DNA from: Bdellovibrionales bacterium
GTDB taxonomy: Bacteria > Bdellovibrionota > Bdellovibrionia > Bdellovibrionales > UBA1609
Assembly (NCBI GenBank): GCA_965202645.1
Contig: OZ241840.1
Coordinates: 492,088-556,087 of the forward strand
Direction of reading: 5' to 3'
DNA: 64,000 nt
Of the stretch, positions 36,857 to 45,492 are shown piece after piece; within the stretch, counting starts at the first letter, position 1; every line of letters starts with the position of its first letter. A model generated the notes under the pieces. The model saw only the letters and a list, made by a program, of their open reading frames with translations. It had not been told where the DNA came from and searched no databases. Position numbers and translations under genes: made by a program.

Positions 36857-37265
36857 GTGAATCTTAAATTGCGGGATCAGCGGCTGGTTTTTATTGTCGG
36901 CCCTGCGGCGGCCGGAAAAACAGACTGGGCGCTCCAATGGGCGGAGCGGGACTCAGCCTGTATTTTAAATAGCGATGTTTCTCCAAACTCCACAATGGGA
37001 AGTGAATCTTAAATTGCGGGATCAGCGGCTGATTTTTATTGTCGGCCCTGCGGCGGCCGGAAAAACAGACTGGGCGCTCCAATGGGCGGAGCGGGACTCA
37101 GCCTGTATTTTAAATAGCGATGTTTCTCCAAACTCCACAATGGGAAGTGAATCTTAAATTGCGGGATCAACGGCTGGTTTTTATTGTCGGCCCTACGGCG
37201 GCCGGAAAAACAGACTGGGCGCTCCAATGGGCGGAGCGGGACTCAGCCTGTATTTTAAATAGCGA
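36857..37265. repeat. 145-bp tandem repeat (2 full units plus a partial third) duplicating the miaA 5' end including the P-loop
   Basis: GTGAATCTTAAATTGCGGGATCA starts at 36857, 37002 and 37147. Units are near-identical. The upstream copies end in ...ILNSDVSPNSTMGSES*. Confidence 0.95.
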
Positions 37266-38064
37266 CAGCATTCAAGCTTATAGGGATTTAAACATTGGAT
37301 CAGCCAAACCGGATTTTACAAAATATCCCTCTATAGCTTTCCATCTCTTTGATGAGGTTTCCGCCCCCCAAATCTGGACAGCCGGAGATTTTAGGCGAAA
37401 AGCCCTTGAGGTTTTATCCCAAAAGCTCCCTCAAAAAAAAGTTTTTGTTGTGGGAGGAAGCGGGTTTTATATACAGGCTTTAGAAAGGGGAATGTATCCT
37501 CCGCCGGCTGTGTCAAACAGCGCTGTCCGGCGCCTGCGGGAAATAGCCAAACAAAAAGGCTTAGGCTTTCTCTATCAGGACTTGCGGGCCAAAGATCCGG
37601 AGAGGGCTAGGCAAATCAGCCCTAAAGATCAATATAGAATTATCCGCTCTTTGAGCTTGATAGAGAGCGGGGGGAGGCCTTTCTCTCAAATCAAAAAAGA
37701 GTTTAAGGAGCAAAAGCTCCCCTGGCCCTATCTCAAAGCGGGCTTAGCCCTTCCCAAAGAGGAGCTTTTAAAAAAGGTGAGGAAAAGAGCAAAAAACATG
37801 ATCCGAAAGGGCCTCATAGAGGAGATTGAGGCATTAGTCAAAAAAGGCTTTAGAGCCTGGCGGCCATTAAGCAGTGTGGGCTATAAAGAGGGTCTGCTTT
37901 ATCTGGACGGAAAAATTAAAAAAGAGGAGCTTGTGGATAAAATTGTCTCCAGCACAATGGCTCTGGCTAAAAAGCAAAACACCTGGCTTAAAAGAGACAA
38001 AAGCATCAAATGGCTGGATGGAAATCTATCCGCTTTAAAGGTTTACAAAGAAATTTTTAAGTGA
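37120..38064 (+). CDS. miaA: tRNA dimethylallyltransferase
   Basis: VFIVGPTAAGKT (P-loop), ILNSDSIQAYRDLNIGSAKP, and the typical MiaA length. The start is ambiguous (ATG 37120 lies in junction sequence; GTG 37147). Confidence 0.93.
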   Translation: MFLQTPQWEVNLKLRDQRLVFIVGPTAAGKTDWALQWAERDSACILNSDSIQAYRDLNIGSAKPDFTKYPSIAFHLFDEVSAPQIWTAGDFRRKALEVLSQKLPQKKVFVVGGSGFYIQALERGMYPPPAVSNSAVRRLREIAKQKGLGFLYQDLRAKDPERARQISPKDQYRIIRSLSLIESGGRPFSQIKKEFKEQKLPWPYLKAGLALPKEELLKKVRKRAKNMIRKGLIEEIEALVKKGFRAWRPLSSVGYKEGLLYLDGKIKKEELVDKIVSSTMALAKKQNTWLKRDKSIKWLDGNLSALKVYKEIFK

Positions 38065-38077
38065 TAGAAGTCAAGCC

Positions 38078-38923
38078 ATGCGCAGTATGACAGGCTTTGG
38101 CTGCTCCACGGCCAGCGTCAAAGATTTTAAACTGGAGATTAGCGTCAAATCCGTTAACTCCCGGTTTTTGGATATGAAGTTTTACACTCCCTCCTATTAT
38201 ATTCCTCTGGAGCCGGAGCTAAAACAGCTTATTTCCAAAAAATGCCGGCGCGGCCACTTTATTGTTCATATAGACCGCTATCCTCAAAAGCCCCCTCCGT
38301 CCATTTCCCTGAATTGGAGCAAAAAGCAGGCTCAGCAGTGGAAGAGGCTGTATGACTCTTTATCTAAAGAGATGAAATTTAAAAATAATTTAACTTCCGG
38401 AGATTTTATCGATCGGGAGGGGGTGGTTCATTTAATAGAAAAGCCCCAAAGCCTCAGCCCAAGGGAAAAAACAAAGGTTAAAAAGAGTTTTCTTCAGGCT
38501 CTTCAGTCTTGCCTTCAAGAGAGGAAAAGAGAGGGGATGGCTTTAAAGAGAGATATTTTATCTCATTTGCGGGCTATCCAGGCCTTTGCCCAAAAAGCCC
38601 GGCTTTTAAATGAAAAACAAAAAAAAATCTTTATGAGGAAAAAACAGCGGGACAAAAAACGCTCTAAAGACTGGGCCTGGGATGTGGAAAAGTTTGATAT
38701 TCACGAGGAAAGCGTCCGCATTAAAGAGCATTTGAGGCGGTTTAAAAAAATGACTGATGACTCCTCCGCCGTGGGGCGAAAGCTGGATTTTTATGTTCAG
38801 GAGATTTTGAGAGAGATGAACACTATAGGCTCAAAATCCAGCTTATCCGAATTAACAGCTCAAGTGGTTGAGGGGAAATTCGCTTTGGAAAAAATTAAAG
38901 AGCAAATTCAAAACATAGAATGA
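38078..38923 (+). CDS. yicC: YicC-family stress-induced protein
   Basis: MRSMTGFG......E.KSVN.RFLD and the C-terminal GRKLDF..QE..RE.NTIGSK are typical of YicC. Confidence 0.9.
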   Translation: MRSMTGFGCSTASVKDFKLEISVKSVNSRFLDMKFYTPSYYIPLEPELKQLISKKCRRGHFIVHIDRYPQKPPPSISLNWSKKQAQQWKRLYDSLSKEMKFKNNLTSGDFIDREGVVHLIEKPQSLSPREKTKVKKSFLQALQSCLQERKREGMALKRDILSHLRAIQAFAQKARLLNEKQKKIFMRKKQRDKKRSKDWAWDVEKFDIHEESVRIKEHLRRFKKMTDDSSAVGRKLDFYVQEILREMNTIGSKSSLSELTAQVVEGKFALEKIKEQIQNIE

Positions 38924-38966
38924 TCCCCAAAGCCGGAGCGCGGAACACAAAATAGGGATTGCAATA

Positions 38967-39533
38967 ATGAGTCTTAAAGGCCCTTTTGTTATAGTGTCCG
39001 GCCCCAGCGGAGCGGGAAAAACCTCATTCATTCAAAAAAGTTTGGAGGAGTGGCCGCAATTCTCCAATACTGTCAGCTGGACCACCCGCCGCCCCCGCAA
39101 AGGGGAAAAAGAGGGGGCCTTTTATCGTTTCATCACAAAAAAACAATTTGAAAAGCTCAAAAGCAGTGGAGAGCTTTTAGAATGGGCCCGTGTGCACAAT
39201 GATTTTTACGCCACATCAAAAAAAGAGATTGAAAGGCTATGGCGCAAGGGGCAAGCCATTATCAAAGACATTGATGTTCAAGGATGCCGCTCCATTAAAA
39301 AAATTTTCCCGCACAGCGTAAGCGTTTTTATTTATCCCCCCTCCATCCATGAGCTGAAAAAGCGCATGTTAAAAAGAGATCCCTCTTTAAAAGAGGGAGT
39401 GGAGCAAAGGCTGGCCTCAGCCGCCGCGGAAATGGCGCAGGGCCGGAAATATGATTTTAAAATCGTCAATGACTCCTTTGAGGAGGCTTGGGGGGAATTT
39501 CAAAAAATACTCGCCCAAAGCTTAAAACCCTGA
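38967..39533 (+). CDS. gmk: Guanylate kinase
   Basis: GPSGAGKTS P-loop, TTR.PR.GE..G..Y.F, and adjacency to yicC. Confidence 0.95.
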   Translation: MSLKGPFVIVSGPSGAGKTSFIQKSLEEWPQFSNTVSWTTRRPRKGEKEGAFYRFITKKQFEKLKSSGELLEWARVHNDFYATSKKEIERLWRKGQAIIKDIDVQGCRSIKKIFPHSVSVFIYPPSIHELKKRMLKRDPSLKEGVEQRLASAAAEMAQGRKYDFKIVNDSFEEAWGEFQKILAQSLKP

Positions 39534-39740
39534 GCCGCCCGGACAAAAATTCTGTGTTTCAAGCTCAATCAGCCGCCTCCTCAATGCCGCGCCACTGAGC
39601 CGCCCGGACAAAAATTCTGTGTTTCAAGCCAGCCGTCCCTTAGCCTGTAAAAAATCCCCTCTATCTCTATACAACATAAGCGGTGGCGGGCTTGGGAAAA
39701 CTCAACCGCCCAAAGCGGGAGTTGGCGGACGGGCTGTAAA

Positions 39741-40139
39741 TCAGCAAATTTCAAAAAACTCTATTTTATTTTTATCGCTCACCGCGGCTAAAAAAAGCCT
39801 TAAGCTGGGAAAGTCATCGCTCAAGCTTTCCGCCACTTGTTTTAATCTTTCTTTTTGCCTGTCTTTAACAATAGCCTCTAAATGCTCCTCTTTTTTAAGG
39901 GACTTAACCTCTATTAAACAAAATGACTGGCCTTTTTTTGCCAGCAAATCCGTTTCCACCCCTAACACTTTTTTATTTTGACAGATAATATTCCAGCCCC
40001 TCTCCCTTAAATATTGAGCGACCAGCCTCTCCTTTATTAAGCCTTTGGCCTTAGGACTGGCTTGGGGCTTTTTCCGCCGGCTTTTTTTTATCATTTTCAC
40101 TTTGGGCAAAAAAGGCTCCCATCGCTCAGTTTGGATCAT
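39741..40139 (-). CDS. yraN: YraN-family (UPF0102) endonuclease-like protein
   Basis: G...E..VAQYL...GW.I...N......E.DLLA......IEVK layout. Confidence 0.8.
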   Translation of the reverse strand: MIQTERWEPFLPKVKMIKKSRRKKPQASPKAKGLIKERLVAQYLRERGWNIICQNKKVLGVETDLLAKKGQSFCLIEVKSLKKEEHLEAIVKDRQKERLKQVAESLSDDFPSLRLFLAAVSDKNKIEFFEIC

Positions 40140-40394
40140 CCCGGAAAAATGGACAGTTCACTTGGAATAACCCTGTTCATAAATCAATAGGCTCTTATTG
40201 TCAATGCCGGAGCGCCTCCGCCTTGTCCTATAAAAGCCTTCAATAGAATTAAGCATATTCTTTTAAGCCCTCAGTTTGCAAAAAATAAGCCGTGAGCGCT
40301 AAAATCCAATGGACAGCCCTCTTATTTCTATACTATTATTAAAAGCTGGTGGGGCTGGCTCAGATCCCTCTGGAAAAATCAGAGCTTTATTATA

Positions 40395-42218
40395 ATGAAG
40401 CAGTTTTTAGCAAAAAGCCACGGCTTAAATCCCATCCAGCCAAATAAAAAAGCCCGCCCTCCATACTGCGGCGGAGGGGGCATTCTCAGCTTAAAAGCCC
40501 TCTCCCCGCGCGGCGAAAGGCCCATCCTCCTAGGCACAGCGCTCTTTAAAGCTTTTTTCCGCCCTTCGCGCGGCGAAAGGCCCATCTTCAAATTAAAAGC
40601 CCTCTTTGCGGGCTTAGCTGTTTTCTGTCTTTCCCCGCTCTCTTGGGCTGTTCCCTTTGAGGGTTCAAAATTTGTGATCTCCGGCCCCTCCCCTCACTCT
40701 CCAGCTGTGGCTAAAGCCATTTTTAAACAAGGCGGAAACATTGTGGACATGGCAGTTGGATCAGCTCTGGCTTTGGCTGTGACTCACCCTTATTATGTGT
40801 CTCTCGGATCTGGCGGATTTGCCCTTGTCAAAATAGGCTCTTCCGTTCAGGCTTTGGATTTTCGCGAAACAGCCCCTCACAAAATGCCGGCGGATTTTTT
40901 TGAAAAAAGCGGTTTATCCTCGCAAAAAGGAGGAGCGTCTGTTGGGGTTCCGGGATTTGTGGCCGGGCTTATCGAGCTTCACAAAAAGCATGGCCGGCTG
41001 GCTTGGAGGAAACTGATTCAACCGGCTCTCTCTCTGGCGCAAAAAGGCTTCCCCGTTTCAGGTGAGTGGGCCTCTATAACTCAAACATCAAAAAGCAAAT
41101 TTAACCCCGCCGGGCGGGCTGTTTTTTTTAAAAAGGGGCGGGCTTACAAACCCAATGAGCTTTTTAAGCAGGCTAAAATGGCCCAGGCTTTAAAGCTTCT
41201 TCAAAAAAATAAAGGAAAGGCTTTTTATGGAGGCCCTATCGGCAAAGATATTGTCTCCGCGGTAAAGGGGCAAAAAGGGCTTATGACAGAGGAGGACCTT
41301 AAAAAATACACAGCCAGATGGCTGGAGCCGGTGGTTATTCCCTTTAGGGGGTATAAAATTTACAGCATGCCTCTGCCCAGCTCCGGGGGGATCATTTTAT
41401 CCCGCGCTTTAAGCCTTATTGAAAAACAAAAGCTTTTTAAAAAAGCGCTTTACAGCGCGGATGAGCTTCATCTCTTAGCGGAAATTTTGTCCAGAGCCTT
41501 TCGCCCCCGGATTTTAATGGGAGATCCCGCTTTTGCGAAAATAAAAGCGGCGGATTGGCTGTCCGGCAAAGCCTTAGAGAATATAAACAAAACCATTTTT
41601 TTAAAAAAAGCCCATCGCCTTTCCCCTTTAAAAGAGTCAGAGGAGACCACACATATAGCCCTCATGGACGCTCAGGGGAATGCCATCTCCATGACCCTTA
41701 CGCTCAATGGCTCTTATGGCTCTCATATTGTCACTAAAAAATATGGCGTCACACTCAACAATCAGATGGATGATTTTACAACCCTTCCCGGAGCCGGCAA
41801 TATGTTTAGCTTGATTCAGGGCAAAAATAATTCCATTCAAGGGGGAAAAAGGCCCCTCAGCTCTATGACTCCCTCCATAGCGGCAAAACGCGGCTCCACT
41901 GTGATGGCGCTGGGCGGAGCCGGAGGCCCAACAATTATCAGCGGGGTTTTGCAAACGCTCTATAGGCATTTAATCAATAAAATGGGCTTAGAGCAAGCCA
42001 TCTTAGCTGGCCGCCTCCATCATCAGTTTTTGCCGCGCCCCCTTTTTGTTGAAAACAAAAGCTTTAGCCCGGAGATTATCACGGAGCTTAAAATGCGAGG
42101 GCATAAAATTCAATTTAGAGATTCTATAGCCAGAGTCTTTGCTGTCTCCAAAGATAAAAACGGGAGATTGCTTTCCGCCCACGAGATCCGCGGGGAGGGA
42201 GCCTCCGGCGGCTTATAA
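40395..42218 (+). CDS. ggt: Gamma-glutamyltransferase
   Basis: GGN.VD.AV....ALAV..P...LGGGGF and the autoprocessing site ...ETTH (threonine nucleophile). The N-terminus carries a repeat-bearing 102-bp in-frame insert ahead of the signal peptide. Confidence 0.92.
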   Translation: MKQFLAKSHGLNPIQPNKKARPPYCGGGGILSLKALSPRGERPILLGTALFKAFFRPSRGERPIFKLKALFAGLAVFCLSPLSWAVPFEGSKFVISGPSPHSPAVAKAIFKQGGNIVDMAVGSALALAVTHPYYVSLGSGGFALVKIGSSVQALDFRETAPHKMPADFFEKSGLSSQKGGASVGVPGFVAGLIELHKKHGRLAWRKLIQPALSLAQKGFPVSGEWASITQTSKSKFNPAGRAVFFKKGRAYKPNELFKQAKMAQALKLLQKNKGKAFYGGPIGKDIVSAVKGQKGLMTEEDLKKYTARWLEPVVIPFRGYKIYSMPLPSSGGIILSRALSLIEKQKLFKKALYSADELHLLAEILSRAFRPRILMGDPAFAKIKAADWLSGKALENINKTIFLKKAHRLSPLKESEETTHIALMDAQGNAISMTLTLNGSYGSHIVTKKYGVTLNNQMDDFTTLPGAGNMFSLIQGKNNSIQGGKRPLSSMTPSIAAKRGSTVMALGGAGGPTIISGVLQTLYRHLINKMGLEQAILAGRLHHQFLPRPLFVENKSFSPEIITELKMRGHKIQFRDSIARVFAVSKDKNGRLLSAHEIRGEGASGGL

Positions 42219-42461
42219 CCCAAATCCACAGCTTAATTACAGCCTTTCGCAAGCCTGTCCACAGTGTGTGAGGTTTGAAAACGAGTCCTCCGCCCCACTG
42301 TTAATTTTTTAAACATTTTTTTTAAGATTGAGTTAATTCATCTTTCTGAGGCTCTCCGAGTTTTGGTTTTTATTGAGAAAAAACGCAAATTCGCTTATTT
42401 ATGTTTTGTCTCATTTTGAGACGGCTTAAAAATCAAAAATAAAAAAACGCAAGGAGGCCGT

Positions 42462-43418
42462 ATGATTTTTTTACAAGCTGGACAAAACCAAGTGAAATTT
42501 GAGGATCAAACAAAAGAGCTGGGAGTCGAATGGGATAATGAGCCATCTGTGTTTATTGCCAAGTCTCCGGTGATGAAAAAAATTCACAGCAAAATAAAAA
42601 GTCTGGCCAGCTTATCTTCCCCTGTTTTGATTTTAGGGGCCAGCGGGACCGGACGGGACCGGGCGGCTTATGAGATATTTAAAGAGGGAAAAAACAGCCT
42701 CAAACGGTTTATCAAGTGTGTCTGCTATGGGCTAAGCCCAAATATGATTGAAAAACAGCTTTTTGGCGATTCGGAGGAAAACGGCATCTTAAATTGCGGG
42801 AGCTTTAACACATTGTTTATTGATGGGCTGGAATCCTGCCCCCCAGCTTTGCAAAACAAAGTTTTATCTTATCTGTTAGATCACAAAAGCCAAACAACAG
42901 CTCCCCGCCTGATTTGCTCCGCCAGCGACAATTTTCCTGAAAAGGTGAAAGAGCGGAGCTTTTCCAGAGCTCTGTTTGAGGCGCTTAGCCAAAATCTTCT
43001 AATTCTCCCATCCTTATCCGAAAGAGCGGAGGATGTGCCTTTCTTTATTTCTTTGTTTAATAAGAAAAATGATTTTAAAGGCTGTATCTCCCCTCCAGCT
43101 TTAGAGGCTTTAAAGAGGCGCTCCTGGGCGGGAAATATTACAGAGCTGAAAAATGTCTGTCTGCAAATGGCTATTATGCTTTCCGACAAAAGCATTATAG
43201 ATGAGTCAGATCTGGCTTTAATCATTAAAAAAGAGCCGCTGGCCAAAAGAGAGCTTAAATATGACCCTCAGCTGTCTCTGGAGGATTTGATCAACTGCTA
43301 TATTCAAATGTCATTGAGGCACTTTCGCTCTAAAAAGAAAAGCGCTGAGGCTTTGGGAATTTCCGTAAAAACTATTTACAATAAAATAAAAACCGGCCAA
43401 GTGGCCTACTCGGATTAA
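42462..43418 (+). CDS. NtrC-like AAA+ transcriptional regulator with C-terminal Fis-type HTH; sigma54-contact motif absent
   Basis: AAA+ core similar to bacterial enhancer-binding proteins. Walker A reads GASGTGRD, Walker B reads LFIDGLES, and there is no GAFTGA loop and no receiver domain. HTH: SAEALGISVKTIYNKIK. Confidence 0.7.
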   Translation: MIFLQAGQNQVKFEDQTKELGVEWDNEPSVFIAKSPVMKKIHSKIKSLASLSSPVLILGASGTGRDRAAYEIFKEGKNSLKRFIKCVCYGLSPNMIEKQLFGDSEENGILNCGSFNTLFIDGLESCPPALQNKVLSYLLDHKSQTTAPRLICSASDNFPEKVKERSFSRALFEALSQNLLILPSLSERAEDVPFFISLFNKKNDFKGCISPPALEALKRRSWAGNITELKNVCLQMAIMLSDKSIIDESDLALIIKKEPLAKRELKYDPQLSLEDLINCYIQMSLRHFRSKKKSAEALGISVKTIYNKIKTGQVAYSD

Positions 43419-44077
43419 AACAGCCCGCTCTCTCCGTCTTCGTCCTCCTCCTCTAAATCCTCTAAGGAGTCAAAGGGATCATCAAAGCTCATTTCCGCCT
43501 CCTCTTCCTCCTCATCGGAAGGATAGTCATTTTCCTGAAAAGACTCAAAGCTTTCATTGTTTTCTATATCTGACTCATCGCTTTCCATCCTCCCAAAATC
43601 ATCTCCGCCCAGCTCTTTATCATCCGCAAGGCCAATGCCCTCCTCAAAAGAGCTTTCATCCAAGCTTTGCGGATGTTGTTTTATATTTTTTGAGCGGGCT
43701 GAAACTTGACTTTCCTCTTGTTCCGGAGCGATAAATCCAGTTAACCGCTTATCCGCCGGCTCCTGCGCTTGGGTTTTTTTAGCGGAGCCGGAGGCCCGCT
43801 TTTTAAAAGGCTTTGCTCCAGATCTTTTTTTAGGCTTTTTTATGGCGGATTTCCCGCTTAAAGATTTTTTGGGGGGGGTAGGCTTTTTTTTCCGCTCTTT
43901 TTTTTTGGCCGGCTGTTTTTTGCGGGCGGGCTTTTTAGCGGAGCGCGCGGCTAATTTTTTAGATGATTTCTTTTTTTTCACAGGCTTTTTTTGGGAGGTC
44001 TGGCGGGCGGCGGGCTTTCTGTTGGCGAGTCGCTTTTTAACAGCCTTTTTTTTGGAGGAAGATTTCCTTTTTGCCAT
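43415..44077 (-). CDS. Lys/Ala/Pro-rich histone H1-like basic protein with a strongly acidic C-terminal tail
   Basis: The N-terminal ~110 aa is dominated by K, A, P and S (KKAVKKRLANRKPAAR...). The C-terminal ~70 aa is rich in D and E. It overlaps the convergent regulator gene by 4 nt. Confidence 0.55.
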   Translation of the reverse strand: MAKRKSSSKKKAVKKRLANRKPAARQTSQKKPVKKKKSSKKLAARSAKKPARKKQPAKKKERKKKPTPPKKSLSGKSAIKKPKKRSGAKPFKKRASGSAKKTQAQEPADKRLTGFIAPEQEESQVSARSKNIKQHPQSLDESSFEEGIGLADDKELGGDDFGRMESDESDIENNESFESFQENDYPSDEEEEEAEMSFDDPFDSLEDLEEEDEDGESGLF

Positions 44078-44248
44078 AATATTAAAATCCTTTTCAGTCG
44101 CTTAAAATAATTTTAAATTTATTTTTTTGTTATGCTTTTTAAGCTGTCAAGGCTTATTTGTCTGTCTTTAAAAAATTTTTTATAAAAACAAGCCTTTTTT
44201 CTTAAAATCTCAAAACATAGAAAAATGAGGCCATATATCAATCAGAAT

Positions 44249-44453
44249 GGAAATTATATATTTGACACCGCATTTGTAAAACCCTGAACGGTTTATGCAC
44301 GGCAAAAGTTAAACAAAATCAATAATTTATATTATTAACTATCTGCTTTCTTAGTTTTATGCACGCTTTTTGCGCTAAATCATTAAAACCTCCTGCAAGC
44401 CTTACATTTAAAGGCCATCACAGGTTTTATGCGACTTTAAGTATATAATTCCC
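44249..44453. mobile_element. MITE family A, copy 2 (205 bp)
   Basis: Near-identical to 237-441. Flanked by the exact 8-bp direct repeat ATCAGAAT (44241-44248 and 44454-44461). Confidence 0.88.
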
Positions 44454-44587
44454 ATCAGAATAGGTCTTGAGTTTGTCCAACCTGTCCAATTTTTTAAACG
44501 GCTTTATTTACAAGGGTTTTAGCGGTTTTTGTTTTATGCGGCGCATAACAAACGGCTTTTCCGGCTTCTCTGATCAGTCAAAGAATT

Positions 44588-44605
44588 GGGAATTATATAC
44601 TTGAC
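44588..44605. mobile_element. Solo family A terminal repeat
   Basis: GGGAATTATATACTTGAC matches the family A TIR. I found no partner end within 400 bp. Confidence 0.45.
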
Positions 44606-45000
44606 TCCCTTTAAAATGCTATTAAACTCTGCCACCGGCGCCTTTGCTTATCAAAAAAAATGAGCCATAAATAAGGCAAAAAAAATAAAAGAATACGCAA
44701 AAACTTTAACCGCAAATAAAGACAAGGCTCTCATAAAAGCCTTATCGGCTTTTTCATCAAAATTTATAAGCCGTGCGCTTTTTTAGGATCTCTGCCGGCT
44801 TGGATCTGGCTTAAAATCAAATAAAGCCAGCCGTTTTTTCCAAAAAAAGAGGAGCTATCCGTTTAGACCAGGGGTCGGGAGAAGGCTTGGCATCAAGCCA
44901 GCCGTTTTTTCCAAAAAAAGAGGAGCTATCGTTTAAACCAGAGGCTGTAAATAAGCTGGCCGGCTTGTAAAAATAAGCTTTTGCCCTTAAAATAAAAAGC

Positions 45001-45432
45001 ATGACAGACAGAAATCAAATGATTTTAAAGCATTTCCCCCTTAAAAACTCTTGGGAAGAAAATTATAGGAAAATCATTGATTTAGGAAAAAAACTTCCAA
45101 AATTTAATGAAGAGGATAAACTGGATAAGTGGCTGATCAAGGCCTGTCAATCCCCCCTCTGGCTCAAGGCTGAAAAAGACGATTCAGGATATTTAATCTT
45201 CACTGGAGACAGCACGGGGCTGATCAGCAAAGGGCTTTTGTCCATTATCATTGAATTTTACACAAACAGGAAACCTGCGGATATTTTGAGGGATCGGCCT
45301 ATATTTATTGAGAAATTGGAGCTGAGCCAGTATTTAAGCGCCCGAAGAGCTAATGGCTTGCAATCCCTTTTAGATCAAATTTTACAATATGCCAAAGCTT
45401 ATTCCATTATATTACAGCAAAAGTTAAGCTAA
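45001..45432 (+). CDS. sufE: SufE/CsdE-type cysteine desulfuration (sulfur acceptor) protein
   Basis: ...IKACQSPLWL... contains the conserved SufE active-site Cys context (GCQS.VWL). Length about 140 aa. Confidence 0.8.
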   Translation: MTDRNQMILKHFPLKNSWEENYRKIIDLGKKLPKFNEEDKLDKWLIKACQSPLWLKAEKDDSGYLIFTGDSTGLISKGLLSIIIEFYTNRKPADILRDRPIFIEKLELSQYLSARRANGLQSLLDQILQYAKAYSIILQQKLS

Positions 45433-45492
45433 AATTGAAAAAAACCTAATAAAATCTTACAAAAACTTAAACAATATACCGATTAAAGTCTT

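Noticed and set aside
39530-39629. Two-copy repeat-filler-repeat structures at gene ends that a CRISPR finder might report as mini-arrays. The sites are at gmk, dnaK, rodZ, sucD/ndk, 9928, 35903 and 44824.
   Set aside because: Each has only two repeats. The repeats are copies of the adjacent gene termini, and each locus has a different repeat sequence. These are duplications, not CRISPR.
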